Assembly (NCBI GenBank): GCA_002269645.1
Contig: NIVC01000036.1
Span: 310,001 to 374,000, forward strand
Source of the DNA: Macrostomum lignano
Lineage: Eukaryota
Length of the DNA stretch: 64,000 nt
Direction of reading: 5' to 3'
Positions within the stretch are counted from its first letter, which is position 1. Every line of letters starts with the position of its first letter. The notes below the pieces were generated by a model, which was not told the origin of the DNA, made no database searches, and saw nothing but the letters and a program-made list of their open reading frames with translations. Shown piece by piece: positions 26,045 to 37,105 of the stretch. The position numbers and the translations under genes were made by a program.

Positions 26045-26497
26045 ATGCACAGCAGCAAGTTCGCCATCCTGCTCTGGGCAGTAGTACACTGGCAGGCAGT
26101 CATCGCAGCTCACCGGCTTGGCAACACCACTGACGCTCCGAGCAGCGGACATAACGCCACAGCCGAGCCGCTTCTCAAACGAGTGAGGCGCAACAAATTC
26201 GTTAAAAAATTTCTAGAAAAATCCAAAGCCAGCCAGGACAAAGTTCGCGAACTCGAGCAGCAGTATAACAAGCGCACTTGGCCGGTGATTGCTTGGAAGA
26301 CAAACTCGGATATTTTCAAAATCGGAGATGACGGGCAGATGGAGAGCAGCCCGTTTGAGGCGCTAAGCGAAGACGATGCCAAGATTGTCACCTACGATCT
26401 GGACGACTTCAGGCTGAAGCCGGGATCCAACTACTATGTCCATCTGGACAAGGCGAGCGGGGGTGCTTTCTGGGGGCTTGGAGCTTTTTCTAAGTGA
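26045..26497 (+). CDS. Orphan secreted protein (150 aa as a single exon; may splice onward)
   Basis: ATG, a signal-peptide-like MHSSKFAILLWAVVHWQAVIA, N-glycosylation sequons (NTT, NAT) and a furin-type KRVRR site. Codon usage looks like the other exons. No family recognised. Confidence 0.6.
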   Translation: MHSSKFAILLWAVVHWQAVIAAHRLGNTTDAPSSGHNATAEPLLKRVRRNKFVKKFLEKSKASQDKVRELEQQYNKRTWPVIAWKTNSDIFKIGDDGQMESSPFEALSEDDAKIVTYDLDDFRLKPGSNYYVHLDKASGGAFWGLGAFSK

Positions 26498-26499
26498 GA

Positions 26500-29271
26500 C
26501 TTCAGGTGCCTTATTGATGCTTCAGGTGTGCCTTATTGATGCTTCAGGTGCCTTATTGATGCTTCAGGTGTGTCTTATTGATGCTTCAGGTGTGTCTTAT
26601 TGATACTTCAGGTGTGTCTTATTGATACTTCAGGTGTGTCTTATTGATACTTCAGGTGTGTCTTATTGATACTTCAGGTGTGTCTTATTGATACTTCAGG
26701 TGTGTCTTATTGATGCTTCAGGTGTGTCTTATTGATAGTTCAGGTGTGTCTTATTGATACTTCAGGTGTGTCATATTGATGCTTCAGGTGTGTCTTATTG
26801 ATGCTTCAGGTGTGTCTTATTGATACTTCAGGTGTCTTATTGATACTTCAGGTGTGTCTTATTGATACTTCAGGTGTGTCTTATTGATGCTTCAGGTGTG
26901 TCTTATTGATACTTCAGGTGTCTTATTTATACTTCAGGTGTGTCTTATCGATGCTTCAGGTGCCTTATTGATGCTTCAGGTGTGTCTTATTGATACTTCA
27001 GGTGTGTCTTATTGATACTTCAGGTGTGTCTTATTGATACTTCAGGTGTGTCTTATTGATACTTCAGGTGTGTCTTATTGATGCTTCAGGTGTGTCTTAT
27101 TGATAGTTCAGGTGTGTCTTATTGATACTTCAGGTGTGTCTTATTGATACTTCAGGTGTGTCTTATTGATACTTCAGGTGTGTCTTATTGATACTTCAGG
27201 TGTGTCTTATTGATACTTCAGGTGTGTCTTATTGATACTTCAGGTGTGTCTTATTGATACTTCAGGTGTGTCTTATTGATGCTTCAGGTGTGTCTTATTG
27301 ATACTTCAGGTGTGTCTTATTGATACTTCAGGTGTGTCTTATTGATGCTTCAGGTGTGTCTTATTGATACTTCAGGTATGTCTTATTGATACTTCAGGTG
27401 TGTCTTATTGATACTTCAGGTGTGTCATATTGATACTTCAGGTGTGTCTTATTGATACTTCAGGTGTGTCTTATTGATACTTCAGGTGTGTCTTATTGAT
27501 ACTTCAGGTGTGTCTTATTGATACTTCAGGTGTGTCTTATTGATACTTCAGGTGTGTCTTATTGATGCTTCAGGTATGTCTTATTGATGCTTCAGGTGTG
27601 TCTTATTGATACTTCAGGTGTGTCTTATTGATACTTCAGGTGTGTCTTATTGATACTTCAGGTGTGTCTTATTGATACTTCAGGTGTGTCTTATTGATAC
27701 TTCAGGTGTCTTATTGATTGTTCAAGTGTGTCTTATTGATACTTCAGGTGTGTCTTATTGATACTTCAGGTGTCTTATTGATTGTTCAAGTGTGTCTTAT
27801 TGATACTTCAGGTGTGTCTTATTGATACTTCAGGTGTGTCTTATTGATTGTTCAAGTGTGTCTTATTGATACTTCAGGTGTCTTATTGATACTTCAGGTG
27901 TGTCTTATTGGTACTTCAGGTGTCTTATTGATTGTTCAAGTGTGTCTTATTGATACTTCAGGTGTCTTATTGATACTTCAGGTGTCTTATTGATACTTCA
28001 GGTGTGTCTTATTGATACTTCAGGTGTGTCTTATTGATACTTCAGGTGTGTCTTATTGATACTTCAGGTGTGTCTTATTGATACTTCAGGTGTCTTATTG
28101 ATACTTCAGGTGTGTCTTATTGATGCTTCAGGTCCGTCTTATTGATACTTCAGGTGTGTCTTATTGATACTTCAGGTGTCTTATTGATACTTCAGGTGTG
28201 TCTTATTGATGCTTCAGGTCCGTCTTATTGATACTTCAGGTGTGTCTTATTGATACTTCAGGTGTGTCCTATTGATACTTCAGGTGTCTTATTGATTCTT
28301 CAGGTGTCTTATTGATACTTCAGTTGTGTCTTATTGATACTTCAGGTGTGTCTTATTGATACTTCAGGTGTCTTATTGATACTTCAGTTGTGTCTTATTG
28401 ATACTTCAGGTGTGTCTTATTGATACTTCAGGTGTGTCTTATTGATACTTCAGGTGTCTTATTGATACTTCAGTTGTGTCTTATTGATACTTCAGGTGTG
28501 TCTTATTGATACTTCAGGTGTGTCTTATTGATACTTCAGGTGTCTTATTGATTCTTCAGGTGTCTTATTGATACTTCAGTTGTGTCTTATTGATACTTCA
28601 GGTGTGTCTTATTGATACTTCAGGTGTCTTATTGATACTTCAGTTGTGTCTTATTGATACTTCAGGTGTGTCTTATTGATACTTCAGGTGTGTCTTATTG
28701 ATACTTCAGGTGTCTTATTGATACTTCAGTTGTGTCTTATTGATACTTCAGGTGTGTCTTATTGATACTTCAGGTGTGTCTTATTGATACTTCAGTTGTG
28801 TCTTATTGATACTTCAGGTGTGTCTTATTGATACTTCAGGTGTGTCTTATTGATACTTCAGGTGTGTCTTATTGATACTTCAGGTGTGTCTTATTGATAC
28901 TTCAGGTGTGTCCTATTGATACTTCAGGTGTGTCTTATTGATACTTCAGTTGTGTCTTATTGATACTTCAGGTGTGTCTTATTGATACTTCAGGTGTCTT
29001 ATTGATACTTCAGGTATGTCTTATTGATACTTCAGGTGTGTCCTATTGATACTTCAGGTGTCTTATTGATACTTCAGTTGTGTCTTATTGATACTTCAGG
29101 TGTGTCTTATTGATACTTCAGGTGCCTTATTGATACTTCAGGTATGTCTTATTGATGCTTCAGGTGTGTCTTATTGATACTTCAGGTGTGTCTTATTGAT
29201 ACTTCAGGTGCCTTATTGATACTTCAGGTGTGTCTTATTGATACTTCAGGTATGTCTTATTGATTCTTCAG
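26500..29271. repeat. 22/20-bp minisatellite CTTCAGGTGTGTCTTATTGATA, about 125 copies
   Basis: Direct. Starts immediately after the stop/donor of the 26045 ORF. Confidence 0.98.
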
Positions 29272-29306
29272 GTAATGCAAGCTCCCCGTTAAAACTTCTC
29301 ATCCAG

Positions 29307-29618
29307 GTGACGGATCGCATTGCTCTGTACAATCGCGCATTCGTGTTCGGCTGCTTCCTGCTGTTCAGCTCGAATTTCCTGCTAATCTTTGTCCGGTACT
29401 GGATCATCGGCCTGTCCCGTCTGGTGCTGCGGTCCGGCCTGAAAATTGAATTTCAAACAACCCGAGGACCGAAGCGGCAGGAGTTCATCTACGCCATGGC
29501 CTTCGTGATCCAGGAAGATCTGTTGGAGAATCCGGCCAACCGGTCTGAGCACGGATTCGCTGCCTGCATCAATGATGCCGTTGTAGCGGTTGAGAGCTAC
29601 ACTAAGACCAAGGTTTGA
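29307..29618 (+). CDS. Probable terminal coding exon with a hydrophobic segment; possibly exon 2 of the 26045 gene
   Basis: Acceptor ctcatccag|GTG. 103 open codons with strong C/G-ending codon bias. Hydrophobic AFVFGCFLLFSSNFLLIFVRYWIIGL. The upstream partner exon is not resolved. Confidence 0.45.
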   Translation: MTDRIALYNRAFVFGCFLLFSSNFLLIFVRYWIIGLSRLVLRSGLKIEFQTTRGPKRQEFIYAMAFVIQEDLLENPANRSEHGFAACINDAVVAVESYTKTKV

Positions 29619-29799
29619 GCAGGCCTGAACTCTTGGGATGGGGGATTTGTGGCTTTGGAATCCCTGGAATTAAAGGACAGCTACTTGGGATTTTGACAAC
29701 TAGGATTTTTGGTTCCGACATTCTGAGATTTCGGGAAGGAATTTGAGACCTTAAATTTGGGATTTGAGATTTAGGGATTTGAGAGTCCGGGATCCTGTG

Positions 29800-31211
29800 G
29801 ATTTTGGATCCTGGGATTTGGGATCCTGGGATTTAAGATACTGGGATTTGGGATCGTGGGATTTAAGATACTGGGATTTAGATACTGGGATTTAAGATAC
29901 TGGGATTTGGGATACTGGGATTTGGGATACTGGGATTTGGGATACTGGGATTTGGGATACTGGGATTTAAGATACTGGGATTTGGGATACTGGGATTTGG
30001 GATACTGGGATTCGGGATACTGGGATTTGGGATACTGGGATTTGGGATACTGGGATTTTGGATACTGGGATTTAAGACACTGGGATTTGGGATACTGGGA
30101 TTTGGGATACTGGGATTCGGGATACTGGGATTTAAGATACTGGGATTCGGGATACTGGGATTTGGGATACTGGGATTTGGGATACTGGGATTTGGGATAC
30201 TGGGATTTAGATACTGGGATTTAAGATACTGGGATTCGGGATACTGGGACTTAAGATACTGGGATTTGGGATACTGGGATTTGGGATACTGGGATTTGGG
30301 ATACTGGAATTTGGGATACTGGGATTTGGGATACTGGGATTTGGGATACTGGGATTTAAGATACTGGGATTTGGGATACTGGGATTTGGGATACTGGGAT
30401 TCGGGATACTGGGATTTGGGATACTGGGATTTAAGACACTGGGATTTGGGATACTGGGATTTGGGATACTGGGATTCGGGATACTGGGATTTAAGATACT
30501 GGGATTCGGGATACTGGGATTTGGGATACTGGGATTTGGGATACTGGGATTTGGGATACTGGGATTTGGGATACTGGGATTTGGGATACTGGGATTTGGG
30601 ATACTGGGATTCGGGATACTGGGATTTAAGACACTGGGATTTGGGATACTGGGATTTGGGATACTGGGATTCGGGATACTGGGATTTAAGATACTGGGAT
30701 TCGGGATACTGGGATTTGGGATACTGGGATTTGGGATACTGGGATTTGGGATACTGGGATTTGGGATACTGGGATTTGGGATACTGGGATTCGGGATACT
30801 GGGATTTAAGATACTGGGATTTGGGATACTGGGATTTGGGATACTGGGATTTGGGATACTGGGATTCGGGATACTGGGATTTGGGATACTGGGATTTGGG
30901 ATACTGGGATTCGGGATACTGGGATTTACGATACTGGGATTTGGGATACTGGGATTTGGGATACTGGGATTTGGGATACTGGGATTTGGGATACTGGGAT
31001 TCGGGATACTGGGATTTAAGATACTGGGATTCGGGATACTGGGATTTAAGATACTGGGATTTGGGATACTGGGATTTAAGATACTGGGATTTAAGATACT
31101 GGGATTCGGGATACTGGGATTTGGGATACTGGGATTCGGGATACTGGGATTTAAGATACTGGGATTCGGGATACTGGGATTTGGGATACTGGGATTCGGG
31201 ATACTGGGATT
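29800..31211. repeat. 15-bp minisatellite GGGATACTGGGATTT, about 90 copies
   Basis: Direct. Explains the LGYWD, SQYPK and NPSIP ORFs. Confidence 0.97.
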
Positions 31212-31446
31212 CACGGCCGCCCATGGCATTTGCGACTTGCGGTTTCGGGATTTTTGGGAGTTTGGGATTTTGCTCATGCTACAAGGTTCCGCATCAATTT
31301 TACTGACCATGCAAAAGACTTATATTATACCACCTGTGAAATATAGTTTTGGCTACTGTAATGGTGAATTAAAGAAGTGCAATTGGTGACAAATAATTTA
31401 CAGTACAAACTGACTTTAAATTATAAAATAAAATTGAATAAAAAGT

Positions 31447-31460
31447 GTTACCATAGCAAC
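31447..31460. promoter_or_regulatory. Isolated X-box motif GTTACCATAGCAAC
   Basis: Perfect consensus match about 370 bp downstream of the coiled-coil gene stop codon. Confidence 0.35.
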
Positions 31461-31827
31461 TATATATATATATGTGTGTAATAGCTGTGGTGTTACTGTT
31501 ATGAGGAATGAGCTAATATTACGTATAGCTAGCTGTAGAACGGCAGTGCAGTCAGTCACCAATTTCTGAACTAAATTCAACTACATTCACTGAGGACGGC
31601 AGTTATAAACAATGTTACTTTATAATCAAAGCTTGGTTGTTGTCAACAATCAATTTGACAAACAAGAAGCTATTTTTTACAAGCCCAATAAAAACAGCAG
31701 AAAAATATTGTGTTTTGAAAAATAAATGTTCTACATTTACTACTTAGTTTATCAATAATCTTAGTAGTATGAAAATGAAAAGGTGCTTTTCTAGCATGAG
31801 GAATCAGTCAGTTTCTAGGAATACAGT

Positions 31828-31969
31828 TCAGTGCGCGGTGGATGCCGCTTGGGTGTCGGAAAGGGTGCTCAGGTACTTGTGAACGAGCTGGTCCGCATAG
31901 CGACGGGCACTGGGAGACAGATTGTCCTGCTGTTGCTGCTGCTGCGACTGCTGCTTCTGTGGTTGTTGG
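31828..31969 (-). CDS. Coiled-coil gene, exon 5 (terminal). Total CDS 3249 nt, about 1082 aa; possibly ciliary or centrosomal
   Basis: Acceptor caatttcag|C, phase-compatible. Encodes SQQPQKQQ...ARRYADQLVHKYLSTLSDTQAASTAH*. Confidence 0.7.
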
Positions 31970-32875
31970 CTGAAATTGAAGACAAAATGCTTCGTAACTT
32001 TTTTGTTTGTTTGAAATTTAAGATTATTTCAAATTATAAATCTAAGTGTATCATGCCTTGCATTCGAAGTTAAATTATCTTGGTGAAACTATAACAAAAA
32101 GGTTTGAATTAAATATAAATAATTGAATTAATTTTAATAATTTTTTAAAATAATTTTTATATATTTATTAGTTTTTTTCTTTTTTTCTTTTAAATATTTT
32201 TCATTTATTATTATTATTATATATATATATTTAAAATATATTTTAATAATTTTTAATAAAATTTAATCTATAAATTTAATATAAATTTTAAATAAATTTA
32301 ATTAACAATAAAATAAAGTTTTTTATTTACTAAATATATATTAAGTAGAATTCAAATAAATGAAAAAACAAAAGTTCAACTACTGGTTATAACAAAAAAT
32401 TGAAATATTTCGTTATTTACATTTTAAATCAAGCAATCCAATTGCGATTAATATATTGAAGATAGAATTTAACTTTAATTGTAAAATTTTCCCTTGTTTA
32501 CACAATGCCTCCTCAAATATAGTTTCTTTCAAGTTTAACTTCAACATTAACTAATGATTGTTTGAATTATCAGTAATTTTATTTTCATTTTTATTGATTT
32601 TAAAAAAAAAAACAGAATCAAATAAATTATCTATATATTTCTATTATCTTATTTCGTATATATTTTTAACTAAAGCTAGCATGTGATTGTATGCAAATAT
32701 TTTTCAATAATATGACTAATTTATTATCAGTAGCTAAATACTTAATCTAAAAAATCAACATTAAATTGCAAATAAAGTTTGTTTGTACTATTTACTTCAA
32801 GAAAGTTTCCAACTAGCTATAAATTTGAATTTTAACTATCTGAACTGCTCTCTGTCAATAAAGCCGTCAGCTCAC

Positions 32876-33430
32876 CTGGTCACGAAGTCAAGATCGAGTG
32901 GCGGCACCGCCCGGCCCCCGGAGCCCGCAGAGCCGCCACCGTACAGCGCCTCGGCGGACGACTCGCGAAATCTCTGCCTCACCTGAGCCAAAGTTTCCGC
33001 CGGAGCGAAATCGGCTTCAAGTTCTGCGGTGGAATCAGCTGCCGCAGTTGGCGATGCTGGCAGCTTCATCACCGCAGCTTCCTGCTGCAGCCTCATCGCA
33101 GCCTGAGCACGAAGACGCGCTAGGAGGCCTCCGCGACTTGACGAACTCTGCTGCTGCTGCTGCGATATCGGCCCATCAAAATCCTCGTAGCTCCCCTCTT
33201 CCTCAGTGTCGCAACCGGTGTCGAATTCCCCCTGGAAACTGACGCCTTGACGCGTCTTCTCCGACGCAAAAGCCGGGCTCGACGCCGACTTCTCCGCGCC
33301 GTCAGTATCGTCAAAAATAGACCGACCTCGCTGCTGCCGACCAGCGCCACTGGCCGGGTTGCTGAGCGCGGGCAGGCGGGCTAAGAAGTTTCGAACTCGC
33401 TCAGAGATCTCCCGGTCTTCCTGGCGCTGA

Positions 33431-33462
<32 letters not shown>

Positions 33463-33567
33463 AGTGGGCGGAGGCGGAGACGCCGCTGTCAGCTGCTCCT
33501 TCCTGGGCGACACGACCAGCAGAAGTTCGTCTTGCTGTGGCTTCTTCTGTTGCTGCCACCACTGCCG

Positions 33568-33613
<46 letters not shown>

Positions 33614-34102
33614 GGCTGCCACCACTGCTGCTGCGGCTGTTGCTGCTGCGGCTGTTGCTGCTGCGGCTGCCACCACCGCTGCTGACTTTTTGCCGACGTT
33701 TCGCCGACAATCGGTGAGCTGCTTGTAGACGACGGTGCGACTCGTTTGAACAGCAAATTGCCGCGACTGTTTGGTGGCAGCCGCTCCTCCAGCACGTAGC
33801 CACCGGCGCTCAAGGTGCCGCTCGACTTCCAGACGTCGCCTCCGCCATCGAAGTCGTTGGCGGGATCGTCCAGAACGCGCGGCTCATCCAGTCGTTTTAA
33901 GGCGGCCTCGGCGGCGTCGATGACTGCCCGATGCTCGGCGTTCCTGGCCACCGAGCTGACGGCTGCTGGCGCTGACGGTGGCGCCGCCACCGCCGGTGCG
34001 TTCGAGTTGCAGCGTTGGAGCCGCTGGACTTCGGCTTCCAGGCGGCGAAGCTGCTGTTTGAGAGCCTCTTGCTCCATGAGCTGGGCACTGTCCTGCTGAG
34101 CT
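32876..34102 (-). CDS. Coiled-coil gene, exon 4 (1227 nt; coiled coil, poly-Gln, poly-Pro)
   Basis: Acceptor catcgcag|A and donor AG|GTGAGC, phase 2 to 2. Corresponds to the 413-aa ORF 32872-34113. Confidence 0.75.
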
Positions 34103-34189
34103 CTGCGATGCATGGGAATTGAAGGGAACGTTCTTTCGAGTCTAGAAATCCAATTTTGTTATTCTCGTAGGTCCATGAAATCCCACATC

Positions 34190-34670
34190 TCCTCATCTGA
34201 GATGCCATCTCAGCCAACTGAGATCCCATCTCAGCCAACTGAGATGCCATCTCAGCCAACTGAGATCCCATCTCACTCAACTGAGATCCCATCTCACCCA
34301 ACTGAGATCCCATCTCACCCAACTGAGATCCTATCTCACCTAACTGAGATCTATCTCTTCCAAATGAGATCCCATCTCACCCAACTGAAATTTCATCTTA
34401 CCCAACTGAAATCCCATCTCACCCAACTGAAATCCAATCTTACCCAACTGAGATCCCATCTCACCCAACTGAGATCCCATCTAACCCAACTGAGATCCCA
34501 CCTTACCCAACTGAAATCCCATCTCACCCAACTGAGATCCCACCTTACCCAACTGAGATCCCATCTAACCCAACTGAGATCCCACCTTACCCAACTGAAA
34601 TCCCATCTCACCCAACTGAGATCCCACCTTACCCAACTGAAATCCCATCTCACCCAACTGAGATCCTATC
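34190..34670. repeat. 21-bp minisatellite CAACTGAGATCCCATCTCACC (intron 3 of the coiled-coil gene)
   Basis: Direct. Confidence 0.93.
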
Positions 34671-34759
34671 AATTAAACAGCGGGCGGAATCCCCATCTAC
34701 CCATCTACCAATCCCAAATCCCAAGCAAGCCACACACGCAGCTCCCCAGCATCCCGAAC

Positions 34760-35073
34760 CTTCGGGCTCCATCCTCGGCGGCCGCACTGGCGCTGGCCAG
34801 CCGGGCTGCCAGATCCGCGTTCTCCTCCTGCATCCGCATCAGCTGCGTCTCCAGCCCGGCGATTCGCCGTTCCAAGCCGCCCACGTTGGCCGGCCGCTGC
34901 CGACGCCAACTGTCGCCGTTCGTCATCATCGCCGAATCCTCGCCGTCGTCCCTGTTGAGTCCGGAATTCGGTTGCCTGGCCGCCAGCAGCTGAGCTCGCA
35001 TCTGGAGATTCTGACGATGAAGCGGTTCCAGTTGGCTTGAGAGTCTGTCCAGTTCGAGCTGGCGAGAGCGGAG
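34760..35073 (-). CDS. Coiled-coil gene, exon 3 (314 nt)
   Basis: Acceptor ccttccag|CTC and donor AG|GTTCGG (phase 2). The join SECQQLTNA|LRSRQLELDRLSSQLE continues one coiled coil across the 5-kb intron. Confidence 0.75.
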
Positions 35074-35174
35074 CTGGAAGGGTTTTTGGAGTGCATGGGA
35101 GTAAGTGAGCAGAGTGAAAAGTGGGTAATTAAGGCTAGTGAATGCTTTCTGAGGTAGACTGAAAGAGGTGAGAG

Positions 35175-35465
35175 TTAGACGGAGTATAGTGAGAAGTAGA
35201 GTGAGAGGCAGACTGAGTAGAGCGAGAAGTAGACTGATTAGAGTGAGAGGTAGACTGATTAGAGTGAGAGGTAGACTGATTAGAGTGAGAGAAAGACTGA
35301 TTAGAGTAAAAGGTAGACTGATTAGAGTGGGAGGTAGACTGGTTAGAGTGAGAGGTAGACTGATTAGAGTGAGAGGTAGAGTGCGAAGAGTGAGAGGTAG
35401 ACTGATTAGAGTGAGAGAAAGACTGATTAGAATGAGAAGTAGACGGGGGAGAGTGAGAGGTAGAG
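35175..35465. repeat. 21-bp minisatellite GAGTGAGAGGTAGACTGATTA
   Basis: Direct. Confidence 0.9.
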
Positions 35466-37105
35466 TAAGCAGAGCGAGACGTAAGACAGAGTCGAATGAT
35501 GGGTAGACGGAGTAGAAAGTATAGAGGGAGTACAGAGAGACTTAAAGATGTCACAGCACAGAAGGGGAAAAGCGATACGCAAAAAATCATTACGCTCGTA
35601 ACGCACGTTCTCAAACGATAGAACTCATAATTCATAACACCAAGGCCGGGCAGGTACCGAGCGTGAAGTCACATAAAGGCCCCAGCAATGCTAAATCAAG
35701 AAGATGCTTGAAGAAAAATTCCACAAGAACTGCACAGAGAGACAGCTCGGGGTTGCTCAGACACGTGTTTGACCAGCAAACACAGGAAACGATGTCAGAT
35801 TGCTTGGACGGTAGCCTAATTAGAGAGAGAGGATTGCTTCTAGAAGAGAATTCAAGCAAGCAAGAAGACGATTCGGTGGTGCTTTTTGTTTGCACAAAAC
35901 TTACATCGCCAGATGAACGACAGCGAGCGACCAGGACAAGACAACGCAGAAGAGATTTGTGTCTTGCGTTTCCTAAAGATGGCTTAAGTAATATTGAATT
36001 TCTATTGAAGTGTTCCAATATACCTGGCCCAGAAATCTATGTTAAGCAAAAAAATGACTGTACAGTGCAATCTGCTGGTCTCTAAGGGCGTTGTTTGCTA
36101 CCCATGTGCATTGGTAGACAAATGTACGCTATAGTTCTAGCTGTGTTTACCTCAGACCTGAGACGACAGCGTTCACCCTGAGGCTAACATTCTTGAGCGT
36201 TTTGATACCGCGACAGTGTAAGTAAGACTTAGCCACCAACCTAACTCACTTCTCTCTCCTCTCCTCTCTTCCTTTTTTTATTTTCTTGCGCGTCTTTTTC
36301 TTGCATGGCTCTTTCTTTGCTGGGTGAAGTTTAGAGTAAAGTGATGTGTAGAGCATGGGCCGTTATTATGATGCGTTTAAATTGGTAATTAGTCTAACAT
36401 ATTAGGTTTCGAGTGCACAATGAAGTATTACTGCGATAATAGAGAAGCCCATTTGGGGCACACACAGATGCACTCACACACACGCTCACACAGGGTGTAC
36501 AAGCGACCCCGACTTTCTAATCGTCAGGCACATGTACACTCTATGTGCCTCATGGGATCACCCGTTGGCCCTTAAAATCTCGAGTAAAACGACAAACCTG
36601 GTGACAATCTTTGTTGCAGAAGATTACAGAAGCAGTTGACATGTAGGTATTATTGGTAAAAATCACTGAAGATCAAAGTGCATTATTGACACTTATTAGA
36701 ACGAACTGACTGAGGCTAGCATAGACATCATCATATTTTTGACGAGTTAATAGATTTCACAGATAAATCAGACTAGATTGGGCTACGTATGATACCAAAT
36801 TTCAATGAATTCGAAGTCACATAAGAAGAATAAAGCTTTGATACTATGCAACAGTTAACCCCCCCCCCCCACTGACTCAAAACGCGGGTCAAAAAACGCC
36901 GTAGTCTCTACGCCGTGTCTCGCCGTAGCATCCTGATTGATACTTCACACTTCTGAATCACCGATGGCATGCGAAACTTTCTGAGTACAGTTAAAGAGAA
37001 CTTAGTCAGCAAAAATTTCAAAAGTGAAAAAGTTAAAAAAAGTTTCACTGGATAGGCCACAAAATTGAGTAGTACAAGATCGATTCGTACGGATTTAGCT
37101 AGTCA

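Noticed and set aside
29856-31310. ORFs of LGYWD, SQYPK and NPSIP repeats
   Set aside because: A 15-bp satellite is open in several frames on both strands, with no flanking coding context.
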